Positions 43,620 to 55,766 of a stretch of DNA of 64,000 nt are shown one piece after another (position 1 is the first letter of the stretch; each line of letters starts with the position of its first letter). The stretch lies in the NCBI RefSeq assembly GCF_009914755.1, contig NC_060931.1. One strand, given 5' to 3'. Both the position numbers and the translations under genes were made by a program. This DNA is from the human T2T-CHM13v2.0 reference genome, Homo sapiens. Below the pieces are notes generated by a model. The model had not been told where the DNA came from and made no database searches. It worked only from the letters and a program-made list of their open reading frames with translations.

Positions 43620-46180
43620 AAGCAGGTCCTTTACCATTGCCCTTGAATGCATATCTACTATAATCTTAGGCCACTTTGCTTTCCATACAAGGTGGATGAC
43701 CACATATTCTCCCAAAATATCTGCCCAGTGAGAGATTTTCCTGTGCCTGTTTTAAAAACCCATTCATAGGTGAGGTTATAGAATACCTGCCAACTATTTC
43801 AGCTTGTATCCACAGCCATGCTAACCTAGCCATAAACTCAGCATATGCATTTTCATCCTCTTTCATCTGGCTACAGGGTATGCTGCATTAAGGTATAGCC
43901 ATGAGATAAGGGAAAGATATTTGTGCAAAGTTATGGGTACCAATAGTGTCCTGGACACCTTCCCATGCATCCGTCTTATGCCTTCTGGTTTTGGTCATCC
44001 TCTGTTTCCCATGTAACTCTTCCATCTTATAATTTGTTGTTGGACACTTCCAGTATTATCACTTGATGAATATGACAGGACTCATCTCAGAAAGGCAAGT
44101 TTCATCTGCAAATTCTTGGTCTCACAATGAACCATAACATCTCTGCCATGGCCCAGTTAGCATGCCGGGAGCTATTTGTCAAAGGACAAATAATTCTATG
44201 CTGCAGAAGAAATGACCTTGCTCCAGAGACCAAAAGCTCTCTGTTATAATTCTGTCACTGACATTTGCTGCAAACTATAAATGGTATATGTTTTTCCATT
44301 AGTGATATCTCTAACAACATAGAGTCTTTTGCTTATGCCTTCTGCATGGCTTTCTGTCTCTGGGTTCTACTTAAAGATGGCAGGTTTCGGTTCATCTAGT
44401 AGCTAGAATAGTAGCCCTAGTAAAATGATGACATCAAAACTCAAAAACCACTGAATGTTTTGCTTGTTCTCTTTGGAAGGAGGTGCAAGTTGAAATAATT
44501 TGTGTTTTGTTTTTGCTAAGCATGTCATATAAAAGCCCCTTGCCACTAAAACCATAAAAATGTAGTAATTGTGGCAGGCCCTAAAACACACACGGTTATG
44601 TCTCACATCCTGAAGCACCTGAGCTCTATAGATGCCTTCAGCATGCAAGCCAACCTTAATCACTCAGGCTAAAAAATATGTCACTAATGAAAAACATCAA
44701 TGTGATATTCTATAAGATGTCAGGAGTTTCCATATGCTTTTGGACAATATTATTATAGAAAGCAAGAGAGTTACCAAAACCCTGTGACAAAGTGTAAACT
44801 TATTTGATTGTCCATTTCATGTGAATGTGAACAGTTTCGGTTTTTCCTTGCTAATTAGGTTAGAAAAGAACAAATTAACCATTGCCATTTACCATGTACC
44901 TAAGACCACATTTACCTGCTTTTGCAAATATGTCACATCTGGCATGGCAGCTGAAATGTAAGCTGCTGCTTGGTTGAGTTGATGATAGTCTATAGTTATT
45001 CTCCATGAATCATCCAGTTTCTACAAAGGGCAAACGGATGAACTGAACATAGATATGACAGGGACCACACACCTACATTATTTTAGATTCCTAATGTTGG
45101 CACTAATCTCTACCACATCCCGTCCCTCCTGGCATATGCTGTTATTTTGATTTATTAGCCCAGTGAAGGGCAACTTCAGATGCCTCCAAATGGCCTTCTC
45201 TACTATGATCTTATCACATGCCACAGGCAGAATAACAGACTCCCAGCAATTTTCATGTCCTAATTCCTTGAACCTATGAATAGATTAAGTTACATGACAA
45301 AAGAAAATTAAGGTTGCAAATGGAACGAATAATGCCAATTAGTTGATCTTCACATAGGAACGTTATACAGAATTATATGGATGTATTAACTAAGGGTCCT
45401 TAAAAATGGAAGAAAGAAGGAGAAGAAAGAGAACCAGAGAGTCAGCAGTGTGAGAAGAACTTGGCTTCATGTTGCTGAGAATAAATATGCGGAAACTGGG
45501 CCATAAACCAAGCAGTGTTGGGAGGTCTCTAGGAACTGAAAAAAAAAAAAAAAAAGACTCTATCCCTGGAGCCTTCAGAAGGAATGCAGCCTTGCTGACA
45601 CTTTGATTTTAGCCTAGTGAGTCCTATTTCAGATGTCTGACTCCAAAAGCTTAAGATAATAAATTTGCTTGTTTTTAAGTCACTAGGTTTGTGGTAAGTT
45701 GTCACATAAGTAATTGGAAAGTAGTAATAGATTTAGGGACCTGGAAATTGGGTACTGATATAATAAATACCTAAAAATGGGGAAATGATTTTAGAATTTG
45801 GGAATGGGAAAAGGCTACACAAATTTTGGCTGCCATTCACCCTTGTTGGTTGTTATAAACTCACCAATTATTGCAAAAATGCACACCTTCTCCTTAACCT
45901 CTAATAATTAAGAAACTCCACCTGGCCTCTGTTGTCTTTTTGATCCCATTATCCCTATTGCCTTCAGAAAGCCAAGCTCTGTAGCATCAGTCTTGTCATT
46001 ACATGGATACAATTGAGTTACTTAAAAATGGTTCAATTCTTTTAAGATGTACTTTTAAGGTTTCATTATGCAGGACAAGCACAGCCTTTAATGTAGAGAC
46101 AATTTTGCCCCTTTACCGAGACAATATTCTGCTGAGTAAGCCACCATCATCCTGGGACTTACAGGATCTTGTTGGCTCAG
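43620..46180 (-). mobile_element. ERVL internal remnant (gag end to RT/RNase H), interrupted by MLT1D
   Basis: Reverse strand shows gag-like ATELGFLKAIGIMG near 45940-45990 and RNase H-region similarity at 43620-43880; decayed. Confidence 0.65.
45219..45810 (+). mobile_element. MLT1D-like LTR (45219-45730) plus start of MaLR internal sequence
   Basis: ggcagaataa...catgtcctaattccttgaacctatgaat...ctggagccttcagaaggaatgcagcc...taagtcactaggtttgtggtaa; then aaatacctaaaaatggggaaatg. Confidence 0.85.
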
Positions 46181-46189
46181 AGGAGCATG

Positions 46190-46680
46190 ATGTATTTTCA
46201 GTCCAAACTGTTTCCAGCCCTGTGTAAATATTGGGACTTGTTCACTCATTTTCTTTTGGTTGATTCAATACCTCTGGAAGTTTCCTCACACATATGTGAT
46301 ATGCTGATAATTATTCAGCTAAAGGTAGGGGAGGGAACCTTTGTAGGTTTATGGAGCTTTCTCCCTCATTCTGCATCTCTCTCCTTTCTGCTTCTATGCC
46401 CTGTGAACATTTGCCATCTTGGCCTCCCTTGTCTTCCAGCTCTGTCTCCTCAATTTAGAGTGACTCCCAGACTCCAGCTGTACTGCCCATGCTTTTGCTA
46501 CATTCTGGAAAATCTTTCCAAGCAAGTTGTTTATTTTTCCTCTCTCAAGGATAACAGCCCTTCCTGATGTTTAATGTGTAAAAATGATGGTTTCATATAC
46601 TTTGCCATTTTTAAAAAAAAAATTGAGAGGGTAAATTTTATCCCTGCTTGTCATGTTATCCAGAAACTGAAATCAGCACC
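46190..46680 (-). mobile_element. Old L1M 5' end fragment
   Basis: gccatcttggcctccc...ctctgtctcctcaat...ctctcaaggataacag...tttcatatactttg...gagggtaaat resembles a reverse L1ME/L1M4 5'UTR. Confidence 0.6.
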
Positions 46681-46739
46681 TTCATTCTTAAAATACTCTT
46701 CCTGATTTCCTGTGTAGGCTAGATATGATTATGGAAGTT

Positions 46740-49700
46740 AACATCATGAGTAAGCTCCCTGATCTGAATGAGGATGAGAACTATGGTGTAGTACCATGGC
46801 AGCACTTTACTGGCAAAGGCAAAATGGGTGACTTTACCATAAGTGGAAACAGGGACACATCAAGAGTCATAATGTTTTATCCACAGGGATTTTTGTCTGT
46901 GGATATTTGGTCACACTTTCTGCAGAAATTAAATAGGTTCAAAGCCTACAACAATATTGTTTGATCAATAAAAGAAAATTGTAAAGATCAGTTGGTCAAA
47001 ATTCCGATGATCTTCTGCAGCAGAGATTCATGCAGTGTCTATACTTAAGTATACCAGAGTCATTTTATTAAAGCAAACCTGGGTTACTTGACTAATGACT
47101 CTATCACTGCTGCAAGTTAACTGACTAAATCTTCTTCCGATTCTTTTTAAAGAAATATGCACTCATATACTAGAATAAATGTGAGATGGTAAAATGAAGT
47201 AACTAGACTATTCAGGTATTACTAAACACTGATTCTGAATTGACGTTAATTTCTGGGGAACACAAAATGCCATCCCAGTTCACAATTCAAATGGTCAGCC
47301 TTTGTGTGTGAGGAGGTTTGTAGCCTAATCTCTACTCAATGGACACGGTTGTTCCACTCACTAATGGAATCGTTATTTCCCAGGTTCTTAAATATATTAT
47401 TAAATAGATATTCTTTGCAAATGGCAAAATTTCTACATGGATCCTTAACTCCTATATTAAAGTCACTGTAGAAAGAGATCATTGGAATCACATAGAACTC
47501 CCACTCCATGCCAGGATAGTAAACCACAGCAATAATCCAACATAGAGAGCATTCTAGAGAGTGGTGCCCCACATCTAGGACTTAAAAAATGGTGTAGATA
47601 TTGACACTTACCACATCCACATTTAGTTTGCCTGTGTGTCTATGCAGAAACTGGGAGAATTGTGCAGTAGGACATTGGATTTTTGTAAATTCCATCAAAT
47701 GGCAACTTTGAATGCAGCTTCTGTTTTTAATGTAACATCTTTGTAGGAAGAAACCAACACACACCATGGCACCTAGTATGCTGTGGATATGACTCTTATA
47801 TTTTCTTAATGATAATTTCAAAAGCCATGAGAACAATTTTTCTTTTCACTTAATAAGTCCAATAATACGCTTTCACAGCTTGGCATTTTATGTAATATCA
47901 AATCAGTTCACTACATGGATGACACAATGCTAAGTGGTTGTGATGACCAGAAACTAGTAAGTAATGTATTAAGGCATGTGAGTGAGAGATTTGTTGACAC
48001 AGTCACAAAGTGCCAGGGGCCCACCATCACAGGGAAGTGTCTAAGGGCCAAATGGTTTACAGCATGTGAAGATAACCTCTGCACAGTAAACTAAAAGCTA
48101 GTGTACTTCATACCACTACAATAGAAAATGAGGCCAGGGCTGGGCACAGTGGCTCATGCCTGTTATCCCAGCACTTTGGGAGGCCGAGGCAGGCAGATCA
48201 CCTCAGGTCGGGAATTCGAGACCAGCCTGACCAACATGGAGAAACCCCGACTCTAGTAAAAATACAAAATTAGCCGGGTGTGGTGGCCCATGCCTATAAT
48301 ACCAGCTACTCAGGAGGCTGAGGCAGGAGAATCGCTTGAACCCAGGAGGTGGAGGTTGCAGTGAGCTGAGATTGCGCCATTGCACACTCCAGCCTGGGCA
48401 AAAAGAGTGAAACTCTGTCTGAAAAAAAAAAAAAGAAAGAAAGAAAGAAAGAAAGAAAATGAGGTACAACACTTAATAGAATTCTTAAAATTATTATTAT
48501 ATGTTATTTTATTTAATTTATTTTGGCAGCAACATATAAAACAGTTCACTGTGCTACTTCTGTCCACTGAGTCATTCAATAAAGCTGCAAGTACTGAGCA
48601 GTACCACAGAAAATGGAAATTCTACAACAAATCTAGACTATAGTATAAAACTTATTTCTATTTGAAACTTATGATTCAGCAAATCTAATAAACTGTCTGG
48701 GATGAATGGAATTTGGTATATGCCCACTTTCAAATACACACAAAAATAATTTTACACCTCTAGGGTTTTATAGCAACTCCTTGTCCTCTTACGCAAATAA
48801 CTATTGTTTTGTAGAATAGCTTCTGTCTTGCTACTGGGTTTTGGTAGAGAATTTATGGTTAATCATGGAACATTGGTGATTAGACAAACTTAGATTCCTT
48901 TAACTGTTCAGCAAATCTGTGAAAAGGCATAATAATGAATTATCATCAAATAAAAAATATATGTAAGAGACTGGAGTGCATGTAGGTATAGAAGTAGTTC
49001 AGACTCCTTTGACATTGACCCTTCCTTTATTGCTTACTCAGTTGGCCCCTAAAGTCTCATGGAGAATTTATTACAAATAGCTGATTAGGAAAAAAAATTT
49101 CTTATTTACAGTTGGTTCTACCTCAGACACTGGCATTTACAACCCAATAAGCGGGAGTACTAAAGTATTGTAGTAAAGCCAGTTCTGCCCAGTGGACAGA
49201 ACCTTGAGTGATACATTGGAAAGGGGAATGATCAGAAGTATGGATATACTTTGATTTATGGGTAGTTTCTAATGGATTGGCTGGACAATCAGGTGGAAAA
49301 AATGACATATTTTATGGATATCAGCCAGCATCTTTCTCCAGAGACACTGGTTTATGTTGTGTGTACTCAACCCCATGAACAAAGTGGCCATTTTGGCAGA
49401 AATAGTGGTTATATGTAGACTCAACTAAGTGGACTTCCCCTTACCAAAGCTCATTCTGCTACTGCTAAAGCTGAGTGCCTAATTTAACAATAGTAGAGTT
49501 CCAGACTGCACTTTCAATATGTCACTATTCTGGTGGAATCAACTAAATATTTAATGATATGTTCATTTCATTGAATGCTTTCAATTGTACAGAAGGCAAA
49601 GTTTCATTCCCCTTAGGATAGACAACTATTCTGGGGGTAGATTTGCCTTCCTTGCCCATAATTCTGTCAAAATCCATATCTATACACTCACAAATGCCTT

Positions 49701-49860
49701 ATCCACCATCATGGTATTCCACTCTGAATTTGTTCTAATCAAGGGACTCTTTTTATAGCAAAGGAAGTTCAGCAATAGGCTCATGCCCCTGGAATTGTTT
49801 AGTCTTACCACATATTCCAGTATCCAGAAGCAACTGGTCAAATTGAAATGTGGTTCTTCT
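46740..49860 (+). mobile_element. ERVL internal remnant (gag end-protease-RT-RNase H-integrase), decayed
   Basis: Protease-like LLNTDSELTLISG at ~47220; RT VHYMDD with tacatggatgac at 47912-47923; integrase HEQSGH...LPLTKA...AEC at ~49375-49480; HHHGIP at ~49705. Confidence 0.85.
48138..48453 (+). mobile_element. AluSp-like, full length, (GAAA)n tail, inserted in ERVL pol
   Basis: ggtcgggaattcgagaccagcctgaccaacatggagaaacccc; TSD agaaaatgagg at 48123-48133 and 48454-48464. Confidence 0.95.
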
Positions 49861-50257
49861 CAACTACTTTTCTGAAGACTTATGGATTATTATATAAATA
49901 TAATATGAAGAGTTATGGATTATTATATGAATATATAAAATTGTTCTTTATCTTTTCCTCTTATTTTATACAAGTTTATTGAAATTTAATATTTAGTATT
50001 TACCACTAAATATAATTTAGTACTTAGATATCAAAATATTCAGTGGGATGGTGAAAGTGTAATTGATATAGCCACTGTTGGATACAAGAACTCTTGAGAC
50101 TGTGTGTCTTTATCTTGGGGACAGGATGATAACTTCTTCACTTTTACAAAAGATAGCTGTACTTTTAGGTGGAAACGTAGACTTGAGTTATTCCATAAAA
50201 GTTGAAAGGTGTGTAGAAAGATGTGACTACATGCTGAACAACCAAAAAAGGTAGACT

Positions 50258-50907
50258 ATTCCAGTTATTATTTATTGCCTTTGAACTCCATACCCATGTT
50301 GCTTTGTCTTATTTTTGTGATTATGGAACTGAGACTGTGCAAACTACATTTCTCCTCTGTTAGCTTGATGTTATGCTTTGCCAATTGAGGCTACCATGGG
50401 ATACTGCATATGTCAAGGAAGATTAAGGAACTTTTCTTGAAGTTTTTATTTGTTTCAGTGTGATAGTGAGAGGTCATTTGTATCTACTGGTTCTGGAAGC
50501 ATTGACCACAATGATGACAATCTCTGTGATTCTGATACTAATGTCCTCCAGACAGTTTCTTTACAATTACAGTGGCAGTGAGCCTCCATTCAGCAGTGGG
50601 CACACTCCAACAAAGTTCATCATCACTATATGTCTGGGCATTGTATTCTCATGGGAATCATACCCATTCATAAGTGGCTTGAATCTCAACCTTTCAGAAG
50701 CTTCTTTGTATTTCTTCCTCATTTACTTATTCTTTAGCCCGAGGTATAGGAACTACATTCTGAAGTTGTTCCATCTGCTGATTGTAGAGCGATTTCTTAT
50801 CTGTTTTAGTAGTTACACAACTGTTGCATAGCTAAAAATTCTTTATATTAAATTTTTCCTATTCAATTTACTGATGTTTCTGTTTCCTAACTAAACCCTG
50901 ACAGACA
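50258..50907 (+). mobile_element. ERVL 3' LTR, LTR33-like
   Basis: Preceded by PPT-like aaccaaaaaggtagac; contains gagactgtgcaaactacatttctcc; ends tttctgtttcctaactaaaccctgacagaca. Confidence 0.7.
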
Positions 50908-52420
50908 AAGATTTTAACTGGGTTACATCTATATCTTAAAATATCCAGTGGAACTATTTATCAGTATCTCTGGATCTCATTCTTGTAAGTACAGGGTAGT
51001 ATTACAGGAACAGTAAGATAAAGAGCAAAGAAGAGAGTTGAAAATGTATTTCTTATCATCACATACATGCAGAAAAGCACCTTCATCAACAAGACTCTAA
51101 AATCAAAGAATGCAGATCTTCAAAGGAGAGGATAAGTCATATATAAAAGAGAAAGAGGAATAATTGAGAGTCATACCTAGTGGGGGATAATTGGATCCAA
51201 CTAGCTGAATATAAATCTTTACATAGATTTCCTGTCTCTTAATTAGAACTTATAAATAGATAAATATGTTTTTCAAAGGTATCTCTCTACATAAGTCATA
51301 AGTGCTTGTGGACATACTTTATAAAGTATGCGTGTGTATTTTCTTAAAGAGCCTTCAAATGGAGACTAAATTTGTGCAAATTTGTTCTTTTGTTGTCTAA
51401 ACTACAAATACTAGTTGATGACACTTTTTACTGGGCATCAGTGGCCTACATGGAAAAGGAAGAACACCTGCCATGGTAGCTGAGTAGGTATAGAACTTTA
51501 ATGCCCCTCAGTTTTTAAGAGACAAACAGTTTCTCTTCTCTTACATATACCAACTGCCACTCCATAACATAAAAATGAATATTAAGGACTTAAACATTAA
51601 AAAGGCACTGTAAGTCTCTCTACATACAGGTTCCATTTCACCCTGATTCTCAAGTATTTAAAATGCTGTCAGTGTTATTGGAAAATGAGCTGTGGTTTAT
51701 AGCAATAATACTAACAGGTATTTCATGAGTATGTTTTATTTTCAATAATTGTACATAAAGTGATTCTTATCATGGTGAATAAAGCTTATCATTATGCTAT
51801 ATAATAAAAATGAGAAAATAAGTCTTCTGTGAAATCAAGAAAATGAAACATTTCTGGTTAACTGAATATGAACTTGAGGACACACCTAAAAATCTGAAAA
51901 ATGTAAGAACTATATATAAATATTAAAGGTGGAGCCAGATGGTCATTCAGTTATATAGGTATTAACTTTAGATTTTAAATTTTCAAGAGGAAACAATTGT
52001 TGAGTATAAAACATTTTATTTGATTCTCCAAGTTATACCAATATAATTTAATGGAAATGGTCAGATACATCATTACTCTCTATCTATTTAATTTGATGGG
52101 GTATTCGATAACTTACTGAGTTTTTCCTTAAAAACTGCTTTTAAATACAGCTTATAATTCACTACTTTCATGCATATGAACAAAGTAAGGAGCTGTACAT
52201 ACCACGCATCCATCAGAGGACAGATCTTCAATTGCAGTAAGGAGTACTTGTCTTTCTTGCTGCTCTATTAAGCTTAGCTAAGTAAATGCTATTGAATAGA
52301 ACTAGATTCCTTGGACTCTTCAGGCAGCCGTCTCTGTTACTATTGATTCTCTAAAAGTGCACTATTGATTCTCTAAAAGTACACTACAGTTTCTTTTGGG
52401 AATGTTAAGACAATGAGCTG

Positions 52421-52425
<5 letters not shown>

Positions 52426-52477
<52 letters not shown>

Positions 52478-52488
52478 CTTTTGTTGTA

Positions 52489-52541
<53 letters not shown>
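52426..52541. repeat. Interrupted (TA)n ... (GA)n microsatellite
   Basis: About 23 perfect TA units at 52426-52472, a T/G-rich interruption, more TA, then GA. Confidence 0.95.
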
Positions 52542-54699
52542 TGCATGTAAAGTGATTATCTGGTTGTTGAACAAACTATTAACAAACCTGGAAAGAATAC
52601 CTCCTTAAATTCCTTCAACGTAACAAATATTTACTGCCTGTTATTTGTTAAGTCCTATTCTATGCACTTTATGCTAGTTAAGAAGTTTTTCACTTAATCC
52701 TTACTTTCAAAGACTTATTTTTAAAAATTCATAATAAGTACTAGAAACACTGGAAATATCAGAAAGAGAAATATCAGCTTAATTAAGAGAACTGCAGAGA
52801 ACGGATGAGATTTTTTCTCTAACACATTTCACATATACTATAAGCAAAATTTAAAAAGTGATGAGAGTTAATGTTAAAAACATAATACACCTGGATTAAA
52901 TATGTACCATAATCAAGATGCCAGCTCTGGGATAATAGAAGGAAAATAAGTATATATTTCAAGACTTAAAGAACCTTCATAAATGAAGTTAAATTATGTG
53001 TAAATTTAATAGTAATGTCATGGAAATTTGAAAGTTGAATATTGTTTCCTTACACATGAAAAATAAAGGAGAGAAAATTTTCTTCTGCGGAAACAGTATG
53101 GCAATTATAAAAATAACATGAAATTTTAAGAGAAAGGCTGTTGAGAAACTACTTTTAGGAGCAGTTCAGTATGACGATGTAAAATGTATTAAATCTAGAC
53201 TGTACCACACATGAATATTATATTTAGATGTTTAGACATTTTATGGGAAGATAAGTATAATTTTGTATTTTTCATGGGATTAAGAGTTTTTTTTTTGGAA
53301 AGACACTCTGGGAAAGGTAAGAAACAGGAGAAAGGTTTATATTTATTATCCATAAATTTGTTTTATTAACTATAACAAAGTAGTGTTTTCCAAGGGGGAA
53401 CCATAGTTAGATGACATTTTAAAAGTGCTATGAGAAAGATAAAAGTGAAAGGCTTTTTTTGGCCAAATATGAAGTCAAAAGTGTGAAAAAATAAAGCAAA
53501 AGAAATCGTGTAGTTGTGAAATAAGTCTGGAAAACAGTTACAAAGTTTCTCAGTGTAAGACATAAAAGAAGAGTGTAAAAATCCTTTTACACTCAGGATT
53601 TCTCAGTGTAAGACATAAAAGAAGAAGTATTTTAAAATCAAATATTAATTAATCTTCAGGAGTAGACTATACTATGAATGATTCCTAAAATTTTGAGAGT
53701 TATGTAACCCTTTTATCAATAAATAGCCCAGACACATGATTCAGAAGCATTACATATAAATTATTAATTTATATTACCTAAAATTGCCCAGAAATACATA
53801 AAGCAAAGTGAAATGAGGGTAATCCGAGGAAATAAATGAATATAGACTGAATGTCAAGTGGTACATTTACTCCACCTTTCGTTCTATTACTATTTAAGTG
53901 ATGTTACGAGTGGCTATTTTAATTTTTAGATATGTCATAATTTCTTTTGTTTCTCAAACACTTTTAATGAATTTTTACACATGTAGTTACGTGATGCTTT
54001 TAGAACATGTTAGAATATATAGAAAAGCAACATTTCTAACACTTTGAATATAATTAATTTAAAATATTATACATTGATGTCATTGCACCTTCTCAACATG
54101 GCAGAGTACTCTGAAAATAATCTACTTAAATACATCCGAGAGCTTTTGAAGCAGCAGAACTAAGGGAGCCAAGATTCCAGTGAGGAAAGAACTTCAGAGA
54201 TGTTAGCTGATGTCACTTTTTCCCTGAAGACATTTGCAAATTCACATAACAAGTTGTCTGTGAATTCAGAATTTTTCTGGGCTAAGAAACTGCTACTGTG
54301 AAACAGAGAAAAAAGTAGAGCTTTAGATAATTTCATGGGACAAGGGAACTGAGCCTGACATGCTGCCAGATTTTCCCTCAAGATATTTTCCAACTTTTGA
54401 AGCTACATAGTGCAAGGAGAAAATACAAACAAAACTCTGCAAATGCTCTCCAAAAAGATCAGACCTTTGGGAGGCCCACTGCACTAAGAAAAACAAAGGT
54501 TGTAAGTCAGGATATGTTAAAGTTAGGAGCCTTGTGAAAACTACCATTATACCCTATTATCTGGGACAAAAAAAGTTTGACAGAACTTTAACAAAAGTGC
54601 AATCCTGACCAACTAAAGTCTCCAGTTAGTCCCTAGTGTACCTGTCTAATAAAGAAATGGTAAACTTTCAAATGAGGAGGATTAAAATAATAAATATAA

Positions 54700-55560
54700 A
54701 ATGCAGAGTATTCAAGTAAAAATAGGCATTCTTAGTACTATGGGACCAAAACACAAAAGTGAAAACCTACAACAGAAAAAGTCACCTTATAACGACTATG
54801 AGTTCCATGTTTAATAAAATAGAGAAGAAAAAAGAAAGTAAATAAAATAAGAGATAACTACAATAAAATAAAAATATATTTATGAGTCAAATGGTGATTT
54901 TATAACAAAACAAGCCTAAGAATGCAGTAAATAACTTTAACAATAGAATCTTTGATAGTAGATAAATAGAAACTCAAATCAATATAAAACATTCAAACTG
55001 AAACACTGAAAAGACCATAATAGGTATAGTGAAAAAATCTAATTTGGGTAATTGGAATCCCAAAAAGAAAAGAGGAGAATGGTACAGAAGCAATATTGAA
55101 AAGGATAATAAAAAATAATATATCATAATTAATATTTAAAAATTGACCAACTCATTTAAAAAGCTCCTTTTAATAAAATATATAAGCCAATAAAATATTG
55201 AAATAATCTAAAATGCTGAAAAATTTATCCTCACTCAAATTGAACTATATATTCAATGCAATCCAAATCATAATCCCAGTATATTTCTATAGAAATGAAT
55301 AAGCTGATTTAAAATCTGTATGGAAATGCAAAGGAATTGAGAAAAAAAAACTTTGGAAGATTTATTCTACAAGATTTCTAGACTTCAAGATATAGTAATT
55401 GAGATACTGTGATGTTGGCTTAAGGAAGGAGAAATAGACCAATGGAACAGAACAAACATCCAGAAGGAGACACACCTACATTTGGTAGCTTTATTTATGA
55501 CAAAAACTGAAATGCAACTCAGTAGAGAATGTTCTGTTCAGTACATAATCTAGAACACCT
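54700..55560 (+). mobile_element. Old L1M ORF1/ORF2 fragments
   Basis: gtaattggaatcccaaaaagaaaagaggagaatggtacagaagcaatattg (ORF1); ttcaatgcaatccaaatc and gaaatagaccaatggaacagaa (ORF2). Confidence 0.7.
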
Positions 55561-55766
55561 GGCTAGGTTTATCTAAGGCCTGGACACTATTGGTAAAACT
55601 CCTTTGAATCCAAAAGCCATAGTTAGGTTCTCCACCCAAATTTAGGTTTAAAGGAAGACGGTCAATGTAGGGCAATGAGTCCTTACCAGGTTACTTAAAG
55701 GTATATGTTTGCTGCTTGAACCCTGACGATCTGTTGGTTCACTCCTTCTTGTTAATTTATAAAATT

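Noticed and set aside
46740-49860. Possible functional or domesticated reverse transcriptase (YMDD motif)
   Set aside because: Many stops and frameshifts plus an Alu insertion; no long ORF.
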